64,000 nt of DNA. It comes from Salinispira sp. (GTDB lineage Bacteria > Spirochaetota > Spirochaetia > DSM-27196 > Salinispiraceae). Positions 37,356-48,601 of the stretch are shown one piece after another (within the stretch, counting starts at the first letter, position 1; each line of letters opens with the position of its first letter). Position numbers and translations under genes: made by a program. The stretch is taken from NCBI GenBank assembly GCA_965602015.1, contig OZ271918.1, positions 64,001 to 128,000 on the forward strand, written 5' to 3'. Below the pieces are notes generated by a model, which saw only the letters and a list, made by a program, of their open reading frames with translations, was not told where the DNA came from and searched no databases.

Positions 37356-38524
37356 TACTCTGTTCCATTCAGTTTTGGCTCTTTTGATTCCTCTATATCT
37401 TTTTTGCCTTCTTGTTCCGCCTCTTCCGCCTCTTCCACATCGTCGCTCTTGCGTATTGCCCCGGCGAGTACCACTTCCGGAAGGTATTCGGCGAAGGTCT
37501 TGCCGTAGAGGTCCCAGATGCTCACCAACAGCGCTGCGATAATCGGGCCGATAACCACTCCCCAAATCCCGAACAGTCCGATGCCCCCCAAGGTGCTCAG
37601 GAGAATTAACAGTTCGTGCATCTTGGTATCCTTGCCCACCAGGATTGGCCGGAGAATGTTGTCCACCGTTCCGACGATGAGTGCGCAGTATAAACCGAGG
37701 GCAATCGCCGCCCCCACATTCCCGGAGACCCCGAGGATAATCACCGCTGGAATCCACACCAGCGACGAACCGATCACCGGTATAATCGACAGAACGGTCA
37801 TTACCAGACCCCAAAACACCACGGCATTAATCCCCGCGACCCAGAACCCGATGGCCGCCAGGCTTCCCTGGATCAGTCCGATAAGCAATGTTCCCTTGAG
37901 AGTAGCACGGCTCACCGAAGTAAAATGATCCAGCAGCTTTCGCTCCGGTTCGTCTTCCAGGGGCAGGTAGTATAGAATCATGTTTATCAGTTTCTCGCCG
38001 TCCTTTATAAAGAAAAACACGGCGTACAGAAAAATAAACAGAAGGAAAACCGCCTGGACCGTAGACGAGGTGAGTTGGGATACGCTGTTGACCAGGAGCG
38101 AACTGAGGCTGCTCACCAGGTTGCCGATTCCCGTAATGATGTCATCCTGATACCCCGCGAGGTACTCGTAGAACGGAAGGGCCTCCAGACCTTCGAGCAA
38201 TGCCGCAGGTTGGGAGATGGTGCTCTGAATCCAGGGCCCAACGGCTTGACCCACCTGAACGGCCTGGGCGACCACAATGCTCAGGATTATTGCCAGGGGG
38301 ATAATGCCGATGAGCAGGATAATGACCAGGGTCAACGCGCTGGCCAGGGCTTTTCGCTCGCCGGTCCAGCCGAGAATCCGCCGGTACAGGGGCTGGCAGA
38401 GGGCGGAGAACACTCCGGCTAACAGGAGGGTCATCAGGTATCCCCGAACCATTACGGTGAAGACCGCTGATACCAGGAATACCAGGATGAGTACGGTAAA
38501 CTTATTTACGGTGTTTTGCTCCAT
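37355..38524 (-). CDS. AI-2E family transporter
   Basis: Multi-TM; FFFIKDG, IIPVIGSSLVWIP, DNILRPILVG, GVVIGPIIAA. Confidence 0.92.
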   Translation of the reverse strand: MEQNTVNKFTVLILVFLVSAVFTVMVRGYLMTLLLAGVFSALCQPLYRRILGWTGERKALASALTLVIILLIGIIPLAIILSIVVAQAVQVGQAVGPWIQSTISQPAALLEGLEALPFYEYLAGYQDDIITGIGNLVSSLSSLLVNSVSQLTSSTVQAVFLLFIFLYAVFFFIKDGEKLINMILYYLPLEDEPERKLLDHFTSVSRATLKGTLLIGLIQGSLAAIGFWVAGINAVVFWGLVMTVLSIIPVIGSSLVWIPAVIILGVSGNVGAAIALGLYCALIVGTVDNILRPILVGKDTKMHELLILLSTLGGIGLFGIWGVVIGPIIAALLVSIWDLYGKTFAEYLPEVVLAGAIRKSDDVEEAEEAEQEGKKDIEESKEPKLNGTE

Positions 38525-38544
38525 GTATTAAATCCTCCCGGGTC

Positions 38545-38880
38545 TTAGGCTTCCGCCGCGGCGGCGCGAATTTTTGCGTCGATTGCGGAGACCCAGTTTT
38601 TGCGGCCGTGACGGTAGGTTATCGATGAGGCGAAAACCCCAAGCACCGGCGGCAAGCGATCGCCGAGTGCCGAGACCGATTCCGTAAAAGCCGGTGTCAC
38701 ATTCATGCCGTTAATTGGGGTGCCGAGAATAATCCCCCGGTACTCTTCCGGATTGGTCAAATCTCCCAGGTCTTTTATCTCGCATGCTACATTGTGCGTG
38801 CTAAGATATTCCGCGATATGCCCGGCGATGTCCTTGGTGGTTCCGGTCCGGGTATTGTAGGCTACACAGTAATCGGCCAT
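38545..38880 (-). CDS. Flavodoxin-like protein, apparently C-terminally truncated
   Basis: YNTRTGTTKDIA phosphate loop, IILGTPI; only 111 aa. Confidence 0.6.
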   Translation of the reverse strand: MADYCVAYNTRTGTTKDIAGHIAEYLSTHNVACEIKDLGDLTNPEEYRGIILGTPINGMNVTPAFTESVSALGDRLPPVLGVFASSITYRHGRKNWVSAIDAKIRAAAAEA

Positions 38881-38952
38881 GATTCCATCCTCTATTCTGG
38901 TATGCCCCAATAATCAGAAAAAAGCGGAAAAAACACAAGGCGGAGCAGCGGC

Positions 38953-40863
38953 GTGAGACACATCTACCTATCATCCATACATAAAAGCTTCGGCGGCGAG
39001 GCTGTAATCCGCGATGTCACGTTCGAGATAAATGATAACCGGCGATACGGGCTCATCGGAGCAAACGGCAGCGGCAAAACCACGATTTTGCGGATTCTGA
39101 CTGGGCACCTCCAAGCCGACAGGGGCAACGTATTTATTGAACCTGGTTTATCCATAGGTTTTGTGCCCCAGTTTCCCGAATTTGCCCTGGGCAGCAGCGT
39201 CAGACACGCGCTCACGGCCGTGGTTGAGCCCCTGGAATCGGCCCTCAGAAGGGCGGAAGAATTGCTGAGCGTGGCCGGTCCTGAATCCATAGATGGGGCG
39301 ATGAAGCGCTATCAACGAGCCAGGGACGCCTGGGATGAGGCCGACGGGGACAGCATAATGGAGCGTTCCGAGACCCTGCTGAGCCAATCCATCCTGGCTT
39401 CCCGGATGGACAGTCCGGTGGATGGGTTGAGCGGAGGGGAAAAAAATATTCTCGGGCTGCTTCGCGCCCTGTTGATCCGTCCCGATATGCTCATCCTCGA
39501 TGAACCGGGAAACCATCTGGACTATCGGGGGCTTGCCTGGCTGGAAGAACTGCTGACGGGCTTTCCCGGCGCGGTATTGGCCGTCAGTCATAACCGCTAC
39601 CTCCTCGATCGGGTCGCAACCGATATCCTTGAGCTTTCCCAGGGCACGGTGACTCATTACCGGGGGAACTATTCGGCCTATCGCATCGAACAGCTGAAGA
39701 GCGCTTCAGCCCGGCAAGCGGCCTACGCGGCCAACCAGCAGACTCTCCGGAGGATCGAAGAGATGGTGCGAAGGTTCGCGGTCATTGCCGCCTCCCGCCC
39801 CGACCCCGCCTGGGGCAAACGCCTCCGGGCCGCCAAATCTCGCCTTGCCCAGGAGGAGGACCGGGCGGTTGAACGGCCGGACATCAGCCGGTCGCAGATC
39901 CGTCCGGATTTCCGCATGGATTCGAGAAAGGGCGATGTGGCGGTGCGAATCTGCGGCTTTACTCTTGTCCGCGGAGAAAAAAAACTCCTCGAACATGCCG
40001 ACCTTGAGATCACCCGGGGCATGAGAACGGCTCTCATGGGTCCCAACGGCTCGGGAAAGACCAGTCTTCTGGAAGAACTGACCGCCAAAGCCAGTTGGGA
40101 CGACGATCAGCTAAAAATCGTGGACAGTCTGAAAGTGGGCTACATTATGCAGCACCCTGAAACCGCTGCAACCGAAGGGAGCCTGGAGGACGAAGTGCGC
40201 GGCTGGGGAGCGCTCAGCCGTGACCAGGCGTTCGCCCTCATCAAGCCAATGAATTTCGAACATCGGGATATGGAAAAATCTCTTGCCAATTTATCCGGCG
40301 GCGAGCTCAACCGTCTGCAGATCGCCAGAATTATGTATGAAAAACCCGATATCCTGATAATGGACGAGCCGACAAATCACCTGGATATCCCGTCGCGGGA
40401 GGCCCTTGAACAAGCCCTTGATGATTACCGGGGAACCCTGATAGTGGTCAGCCACGACCGCTACTTCCTCGATCGGGTGGCGGATCACATTGCGGAGATC
40501 CGCGACAAACAGCTCGTTTTATACAATGGAAGTTTCAGCGAGTACCATCATCACATTCTGCGGGGATCCGCCGCTTCACCAGGTTCTGGCGGGAAGGCCT
40601 TTCCCTCACCAGGCCGGGGGAGTTCCCCCGCAGCAGGAAAAGACAACGGGCAGCCGCATTCCACTGTTCCGGACGCCGCAGCGCTGGAGCGAAGAATCCA
40701 GTCTACTGAAAGCACTATGGTTAAACTAGAGTCTGACATTCGGAAAGCCCTGGAGAAGGGAGACCATCAGAGGGGCCGGCAGTTGTCGGCTAAGCTCGAA
40801 AAAGAAAAAAAACTTCTGGATGACCTCTATGTCCGTTGGGAGAAAAGCCTCTCGGACCGTTGA
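38953..40863 (+). CDS. ABC-F family ATP-binding protein with C-terminal coiled coil
   Basis: GANGSGKT, LSGGE, LDEPGNHLD, GPNGSGKT, MDEPTNHLD; no TM segments. Confidence 0.92.
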   Translation: MRHIYLSSIHKSFGGEAVIRDVTFEINDNRRYGLIGANGSGKTTILRILTGHLQADRGNVFIEPGLSIGFVPQFPEFALGSSVRHALTAVVEPLESALRRAEELLSVAGPESIDGAMKRYQRARDAWDEADGDSIMERSETLLSQSILASRMDSPVDGLSGGEKNILGLLRALLIRPDMLILDEPGNHLDYRGLAWLEELLTGFPGAVLAVSHNRYLLDRVATDILELSQGTVTHYRGNYSAYRIEQLKSASARQAAYAANQQTLRRIEEMVRRFAVIAASRPDPAWGKRLRAAKSRLAQEEDRAVERPDISRSQIRPDFRMDSRKGDVAVRICGFTLVRGEKKLLEHADLEITRGMRTALMGPNGSGKTSLLEELTAKASWDDDQLKIVDSLKVGYIMQHPETAATEGSLEDEVRGWGALSRDQAFALIKPMNFEHRDMEKSLANLSGGELNRLQIARIMYEKPDILIMDEPTNHLDIPSREALEQALDDYRGTLIVVSHDRYFLDRVADHIAEIRDKQLVLYNGSFSEYHHHILRGSAASPGSGGKAFPSPGRGSSPAAGKDNGQPHSTVPDAAALERRIQSTESTMVKLESDIRKALEKGDHQRGRQLSAKLEKEKKLLDDLYVRWEKSLSDR

Positions 40864-40886
40864 AGGAAATGCGGGGGGGCATTGTA

Positions 40887-42665
40887 TCAGTAAAATATAC
40901 AAAACGGCGGAGCAATGTGGTTTTGAACCTTCCGGCTTATCTCCGTCAAATCCTCGCTCCGTCGCAGATTCGGTTTGAAGCGCAGACTGTAGTGCTCGAG
41001 AATACCGTTAATCTCCTCCCTGGCGGGATGCACATACTCGGCAGTCGGAAGGAAGCTTAGGGAAAAGCGGTCGCGTTTGAGCTTTGAGATTTTAACCGCC
41101 GACGGAAGGTCAATTTTTTGCCTATTGCCGTGGATAAGCTCTATGCCCAGGCCCTGGGGACCCCGATTGAGTATCCAGTTACAGCCCGGCAACAGAAGCA
41201 GCACTTCGTCCCCATCCCCGATGATGTCCGCCGGCCGAAAGCGGAAATTTCGACCGCTGCCGTCGGAGTTGCGGCTTCGAAGATCCACCAGCTCCTGGGC
41301 GGGAAGATCGGCCCAGAGCTCGATCATCTGAGGAATATACGAATCGATTTCATATTCCTCCCGGATCCAGGGATGTTGAATGTAGCTGTCCAGGATGATC
41401 TCTGTCATATCTTCCAGCTGGAGGTAATCGTTTGTTATCCGCCCGGAAATTTGACTTTCAGGTACGGCGAGCTTCAGGGTCTGGCGCAATCCCCGGCCGA
41501 TGGCTGTTTCGAGGGCGAAGGCGCTCTCCACTTCATAACTGGTCTTCCTCGTTTTTCCGGCCCGGCTGAGTATGATACGAGAGGATAGCCCCCCGGAAAA
41601 ACTCAGGTCTCCGGCCCCGTCCTGCAATCGGGTAATGTTGCCTCCGGTAAACCAGACGTTGAGCTCGCCTTCCTTGAGATATGCCTGGCCGAGCATGCTG
41701 CTGGTTACCTCGCGCTGGGGCCGTTTCTCTTCGACTCGCTGGTCAGGGGAGGCGTGCTCGGAAAAAACGCTGGTGGAGATCTCTGCCTTGCGGAGTCTTT
41801 TTGAAAAACTCGCAGGCATGAGCTGGCCTATGAAGGATGGGGTCATTTTTGGTACATCAAAGCGGGGCAGGCCGAAGTGAGGAGCTGGCAGCGATACCAA
41901 TGATTCCTCATTTTGCCCGGTTTTTTCTCCGAATCGGAGGCCGGTAATCCCTCCTCCGGGGACTTCGAACTTCATTCCCCGAGCGGCGAGCATTCCGGGT
42001 ACTTGAAGCACCTGCTCAAAATACTCATCGGATCCCTCGTCGATCAGGATGAGCACCGGAAGCGATGGTGACGGTTTAAGCTGTCTCGCCTCAAGGGCTT
42101 CATTGTAGTGCTGGGTAATGCGGCGTATGGCCGCAAGGATTTTTGCTTCACTGCGCCGGACGTTTATTGTCGAAGGGTTTATATATAATGAGGGAATAAA
42201 CTGCTCTATCTCGGCATCCGCTATAAACATGCATGGGTTGAGGGGGGATGCCCCGGGTATTAGCACCGGTGAAGGACAGTTTGCATAAGCCCGGGCAGCT
42301 GAGGGCCGTTGGGCGTCGTGCCAATGGGGCATAAGCAGGGGTTCGAGGGTGGGGAACTGCCGCCGGGCCAGTTTTATGCTTTCACTGATATCCTTGGTCA
42401 GGTCCCGTTCGCTGAGAATGCCGTGGAATGAATAGTCCAGGCTGTCTATCACAATTCCCAGCCTTCGGGATTCGATAAACGCGGTCATTCGGTGCATCAG
42501 GTCCTGATCAAGGTCCTCAAGAAATGACGCGCTGGTCCGGATTGCGAATGAATGTCCAGAGCCTGCTTCATGATTTGCCAGAACGTCGAGCAAAGCGTTT
42601 ACCCGCGTTCGGGATTTTTTACCGGGATAGAGGGAGTATGCCAGCAGTAGGGTTGTTTCGGCCAT
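40887..42665 (-). CDS. Hypothetical protein, N-terminus resembling a degenerate GH57-type barrel
   Basis: 592-aa ORF with GAGG RBS; weak pattern similarity only. Confidence 0.65.
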   Translation of the reverse strand: MAETTLLLAYSLYPGKKSRTRVNALLDVLANHEAGSGHSFAIRTSASFLEDLDQDLMHRMTAFIESRRLGIVIDSLDYSFHGILSERDLTKDISESIKLARRQFPTLEPLLMPHWHDAQRPSAARAYANCPSPVLIPGASPLNPCMFIADAEIEQFIPSLYINPSTINVRRSEAKILAAIRRITQHYNEALEARQLKPSPSLPVLILIDEGSDEYFEQVLQVPGMLAARGMKFEVPGGGITGLRFGEKTGQNEESLVSLPAPHFGLPRFDVPKMTPSFIGQLMPASFSKRLRKAEISTSVFSEHASPDQRVEEKRPQREVTSSMLGQAYLKEGELNVWFTGGNITRLQDGAGDLSFSGGLSSRIILSRAGKTRKTSYEVESAFALETAIGRGLRQTLKLAVPESQISGRITNDYLQLEDMTEIILDSYIQHPWIREEYEIDSYIPQMIELWADLPAQELVDLRSRNSDGSGRNFRFRPADIIGDGDEVLLLLPGCNWILNRGPQGLGIELIHGNRQKIDLPSAVKISKLKRDRFSLSFLPTAEYVHPAREEINGILEHYSLRFKPNLRRSEDLTEISRKVQNHIAPPFCIFY

Positions 42666-42838
42666 GGGTTCCTCAGCTACCGCAGGGTGATCTCTCTCTG
42701 ATTATTTGCGGTTTTACCTTTGTACCATAAAAAATATGAATGGTCAGGATAAATTTTTATTGATGTTTCAGCGAATCTTATGTAATTTATGGTCAATCTT
42801 TGACATTCACAAATCTGTCTCAAAAAAAACTAAGATGA

Positions 42839-44491
<1,653 letters not shown>

Positions 44492-44545
44492 GACCGTCAG
44501 GTACGGTTCACGGCTGCGTTTTCGCATCCGCAAGACAGAAAACCG

Positions 44546-44581
44546 ACCCCGTTCGCCGTTTTACGGCGACGGGGTTTTTTT
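44546..44581 (+). terminator. Rho-independent terminator after groEL
   Basis: accccgttcgccgt-ttt-acggcgacggggt followed by a T run. Confidence 0.85.
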
Positions 44582-44636
44582 ATTCCCAATCGCTATAGAA
44601 AATGAGATAAAATGGAATCCGGCGATACTTTTTGAG

Positions 44637-45971
44637 TTGGCGAGCCGTGTTAGCGAAAGACGGGCCGCCTTTCGCTTGGAGCAGAGACTGGTACGATATA
44701 TGCGAACTAATAGCGATTCGACACATGGATTTATATTACCCCGCTACAGTCCCCAGCTGTTTCTGTTGATTCACGCTGTAATGCTGGTACTCTTTCTGGA
44801 GGACGCAGTCCGGGAGGCATTCCTGACCAGCAGTTTTTTCCAGAATCCGGAGAATATTATCGACAGCATCACCGTCGGAGCCCTGTTTGTCCTGCTTACC
44901 CTGGGAATTCGGGGGCGGGGACAGTTGCCGGTGCTCTACGGCTTTTCGTTTTCCATTGCGGGACTCAACGTCATTCTCACCATGGCGGGAGCCGTTGAGC
45001 CGATGCTGCTCCTGGATCTCATGGTCTTGATGGCTCTGAGCCTGGTCACGTCATTTATGGTGCTCCCCTCCATGGGTGTCGGACAGGGTCTTATGTACAG
45101 CATGGTGTTTGCCCTGCAAATTCTGGTGAATTCCGAGAGTCTGAGCTGGATACCCGAAAATATCGTTCAGATTTTAGGTGTGTACACCAGCCTGATCCTG
45201 ATACTCGGATATTTTGCTCACCGGATGAGATCGCTCGAGAGGCAGAACCTGATGGACCGCAACAGGCCTGCCGGAGCCGCCACCAGAATAGGGGGCTCAC
45301 CCCAAAGCACCCTCAGTCTGGTCAGGCCGCTGAGCACAAAAAGCGGCAACGCCGTTGCGGGCTCCCGCAATATCAGGCAAATTCTCGACGAGGCGGACAG
45401 GGGTCTGCGCTTCGGAAGCGACCTCACCGAACTTTTGGTCTCCCACTTTTCCGCCCTCGAGCAGGATATTGCCCAAATGAACCGGGGGATTCAGGTTTTG
45501 GCAAGCTGCGAAGCTCTTCGCGCAAAATCGGGCGATGTCCGGGCGTTTTATCTGGATCGCTTCGCGGCATGGATTCTCCGGGAATATAAAAGAGAGCATC
45601 CTTCTGAGGTTTCCGGCAGAGTACAACTGCGCTGCCCCTCCGATTTGGTCGTCGCGGTAAACCGGGATGTACTGTCCCAGCTGCTTCAGAGTATGTTCGA
45701 TTACCAGCGATTTTCTCCCTACCCCCTCTCGGACGCGGTAGCCGAACTCGAGTTTTTCACTGAAGGTAGCGAACTGGTAATCGCATACCGCCTAATCGGC
45801 GATGAGGCATCGTTTATAACAGCGGGTCCAAGCGGTGACCCCGCCCTTTCCCGGGGGCTCAACTCGGAGCTGATGCTTATCGACTTTATCGTCGAGAGCA
45901 TACTCGGGGGTTCCGTGGAGTACAGCCCCTCGGTAAATGCCCTGCTTCGGCTGCGTTTGCCTTTATATTGA
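44637..45971 (+). CDS. Membrane protein with degenerate histidine-kinase-like C-terminus (start uncertain; ATG at 44700 possible)
   Basis: About six TM helices; C-terminus ...LIDFIVESILGGSVEY...LRLRLP resembles the end of HATPase_c. Confidence 0.65.
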   Translation: MASRVSERRAAFRLEQRLVRYMRTNSDSTHGFILPRYSPQLFLLIHAVMLVLFLEDAVREAFLTSSFFQNPENIIDSITVGALFVLLTLGIRGRGQLPVLYGFSFSIAGLNVILTMAGAVEPMLLLDLMVLMALSLVTSFMVLPSMGVGQGLMYSMVFALQILVNSESLSWIPENIVQILGVYTSLILILGYFAHRMRSLERQNLMDRNRPAGAATRIGGSPQSTLSLVRPLSTKSGNAVAGSRNIRQILDEADRGLRFGSDLTELLVSHFSALEQDIAQMNRGIQVLASCEALRAKSGDVRAFYLDRFAAWILREYKREHPSEVSGRVQLRCPSDLVVAVNRDVLSQLLQSMFDYQRFSPYPLSDAVAELEFFTEGSELVIAYRLIGDEASFITAGPSGDPALSRGLNSELMLIDFIVESILGGSVEYSPSVNALLRLRLPLY

Positions 45972-45990
45972 TTTGTGATACCTTGAGCTC

Positions 45991-46290
45991 ATGCAAAGAG
46001 AGAATTTCATTTTTACCATAGGTTATAAGGATGACCAGGCCATAGTCGACCGGAAAACCAAGGCGCGCTACCGTAATCTCGACACCATCGGGCTCTACGA
46101 AGCCGGTCTGCTCAAACCTGCGGTAGCGTCCGCAGTTTTCGCCAGCGAACAGGGCGATGCCGCCGAACTGACCCGGCTTATAGAGAGAATGAAGGGCGAC
46201 TTTTCCGAGGACTTCGACGAGCAGCGCCTTCGCCGCATATACGGAATCAGCCGGAATCCCGGGGACGTTTCCCGGGTTCTGCAGGTCTGA
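45991..46290 (+). CDS. Small hypothetical protein
   Basis: 99-aa ORF with natural composition filling the gap upstream of yajC. Confidence 0.65.
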   Translation: MQRENFIFTIGYKDDQAIVDRKTKARYRNLDTIGLYEAGLLKPAVASAVFASEQGDAAELTRLIERMKGDFSEDFDEQRLRRIYGISRNPGDVSRVLQV

Positions 46291-46390
46291 CTTCCCGGTT
46301 CTCCGGCTGTCCGGCCTAATCCTTGACTGCTGATCGACTACGTGGTATTTTTCCCCAAATCTCAATTCCACACATAAGGATGCAACTACC

Positions 46391-46768
46391 ATGAATTCCC
46401 TATTCCAGACCCTTAACCTGCTGCAAACCGGGGCTCCCGCGGGGGGCAGCGGCCAGCTGATATCTACCCTGGTCATGTTCGGTATGGTGTTCCTGATTTT
46501 CTACTTCCTGATAATCAGACCCCAGAACAAGCGCCAGAAAGAAACCAAGGCAATGCTAGAGCAGCTGAAGAAGGGCGATAAAGTCCAGAGCATCGGCGGC
46601 ATTCGCGGTACCATCAAAACCGTCAAAGAAGACAGCATTTTGGTAACCGTCGACGGCAACACCGACCTCGAATTCGTCCGCAGCGCCATCGCGAACGTCA
46701 TCAAGCCTGAAGAAAAAACCCAGGAAAAAGAAAAAAAAGAAACTAAAAAAGAAAGCGAAGAAAAGTAA
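46391..46768 (+). CDS. yajC: Preprotein translocase subunit YajC
   Basis: FYFLIIRPQNKRQKE, LKKGDKV.SIGGIRG. Confidence 0.96.
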   Translation: MNSLFQTLNLLQTGAPAGGSGQLISTLVMFGMVFLIFYFLIIRPQNKRQKETKAMLEQLKKGDKVQSIGGIRGTIKTVKEDSILVTVDGNTDLEFVRSAIANVIKPEEKTQEKEKKETKKESEEK

Positions 46769-46852
46769 CGCAGAAAACCCGATGACCGCTGTTTTTCCCA
46801 AGAGGATCGCCGTGGTCTTTCTGTGTTTAAATGACTTCGTTCGGAGAATGAA

Positions 46853-48601
46853 ATGATGAACAAACGACTTCGATTTGTCCTTCTTCTCCTGGTGGTCGTC
46901 GTAATGGGACTGCTTTTATATCCGACGGTGAACTGGTACTTCATGGTTCCCGAAGATATTCAGACCATTACCAGCGGCACCCGGGAAGAAATCAAACGAT
47001 ACGCCCAGGCGCAGGCAGCCGCCGATCTGGGTGAATTGACAGCCCTGGTACGCAGCGACAGCGGCACCGAGGTTCCCGAAAACCTCGGCTACACCGTAGA
47101 GCTTGCGCGGGCGAACTATCGCCTGCTCGACCGGGATATGCCTCAAACCTGGACCGTGTCCAATGTTCTCGCCGCTTTCGGAAGCGAGGATGAAGCGGTC
47201 CGGACCATGGAAGATTACTACCGGGAAAGTATCCTTGAGCTCAAGGACCAGAAAAACCGCATCATCAACCTGGGGCTGGACCTGAGCGGAGGCATCAATG
47301 TGGTGCTGGAAGCCGATCTCGACAGTCTGGTCGAGCGCCTCGGCCGACAGCCCAGCGACGCCGAGCTCAACGAAGCCATCGAACTGGCCCTTGAAATCCT
47401 GAACAACCGAATCGACAGCTTCGGGGTAACCGAGCCGGTCATCCGCCGTCAGGAAGGTTCGAACCGGATTGAAATCGAGATTCCCGGCGACAACGACCCC
47501 GAGCGGGTCAACGCCTTCCTCATGGGGGCCGGAAGCCTCAAGCTCCAAATCGTCGACGACGAAGCTACTGCCCAGCTTATTGAGTTTCAGAATAACTTCC
47601 GGGCTCAAAACAACATCGATTGGGACCCCGAGAGGGACGAGATACCTGAGTTCATCGCCGCCGGAACCGCAATTCGCCCCTTCGTGCAGAAGGACGAGTA
47701 CGACATCGACTTCGTCGTTCGCTACATCGTGACCCGGGAAGACAGCAGCAATGTGCTCGACGGAAACTTCATCGAAGAAGCGGCGACGGCTTCCGATCCC
47801 ATTACCGGTCGGCCGACAACCACATTCCGGCTTGACAACGAGGGCGCAGCGCTCTTTCAGCAGCTCTCCGGAGCCAACGTCAACTCCAGCCTTGCCATCG
47901 TCATGGACGGAAAGGTTAGGGCATCGGCTGTCATCAGCGAAGAAATTGCAGGCGGCTCAGTACGGATCACCGGCTTCACCGCCGAAGAATCCCAAAATAT
48001 CGCCAGGGTTCTTCAAACGGCAGCCCTCCCGGTAGATCTGGTCATCGTAAACCAGCAACGGGTCGGCGCAAGCCTCGGTCAGGACGCCGTCGAGGCGGGA
48101 GTCCAGGCCATACTGTTCGGCCTCTTGGCCGTCGCGGTGTTCATGATCGCCTACTACAAAGGCGCGGGAATCATTGCAAACATCGGCCTTGTGATAAACC
48201 TGTTTATCATCGTTTCCCTGCTTTCGGCGTTTAACCTCACCCTGACCCTCACCAGCATCGCCGGTCTTATTCTGACCGTCGGTATGGCCGTGGATGCCAA
48301 TGTGATCATTTTCGAGCGTATAAAAGAAGAATACCGTCTGGGCAAAAGCGCGGTTGCCTCGGTGGCCGCGGGCTACAAAAAAGCCTTCTGGACCATCATG
48401 GACGCCAACCTGACCACCGGTATCGCCGCCGTCCTGCTCTCCTTCCTGGGTACCGGTCCCGTACAGGGCTTTGCGGTAACCCTGAGCGTCGGCATCTTCA
48501 GTTCGGTATTCACCGCGCTCTGGATTACCCGGCTCTTTTTCGCCATCTCCACCGAGGGTCTCGGCCGTGAAAAGCTGAGCATCAGCTGGAGGACCAGATA
48601 A
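46853..48601 (+). CDS. secD: Protein translocase subunit SecD
   Basis: LGLDLSGG, RIDSFGVTEP, GMAVDANVIIFERIKEE, GPVQGFA. Confidence 0.97.
   Translation: MMNKRLRFVLLLLVVVVMGLLLYPTVNWYFMVPEDIQTITSGTREEIKRYAQAQAAADLGELTALVRSDSGTEVPENLGYTVELARANYRLLDRDMPQTWTVSNVLAAFGSEDEAVRTMEDYYRESILELKDQKNRIINLGLDLSGGINVVLEADLDSLVERLGRQPSDAELNEAIELALEILNNRIDSFGVTEPVIRRQEGSNRIEIEIPGDNDPERVNAFLMGAGSLKLQIVDDEATAQLIEFQNNFRAQNNIDWDPERDEIPEFIAAGTAIRPFVQKDEYDIDFVVRYIVTREDSSNVLDGNFIEEAATASDPITGRPTTTFRLDNEGAALFQQLSGANVNSSLAIVMDGKVRASAVISEEIAGGSVRITGFTAEESQNIARVLQTAALPVDLVIVNQQRVGASLGQDAVEAGVQAILFGLLAVAVFMIAYYKGAGIIANIGLVINLFIIVSLLSAFNLTLTLTSIAGLILTVGMAVDANVIIFERIKEEYRLGKSAVASVAAGYKKAFWTIMDANLTTGIAAVLLSFLGTGPVQGFAVTLSVGIFSSVFTALWITRLFFAISTEGLGREKLSISWRTR

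Noticed and set aside
36543..37814. 423-aa extended methyltransferase ORF
   Set aside because: The upstream part overlaps the AI-2E gene in another frame; the real start is ATG 37355 (TAATG coupling). Similar over-extensions were trimmed for the NorD-like gene, argG, argD, argR and pgsA.
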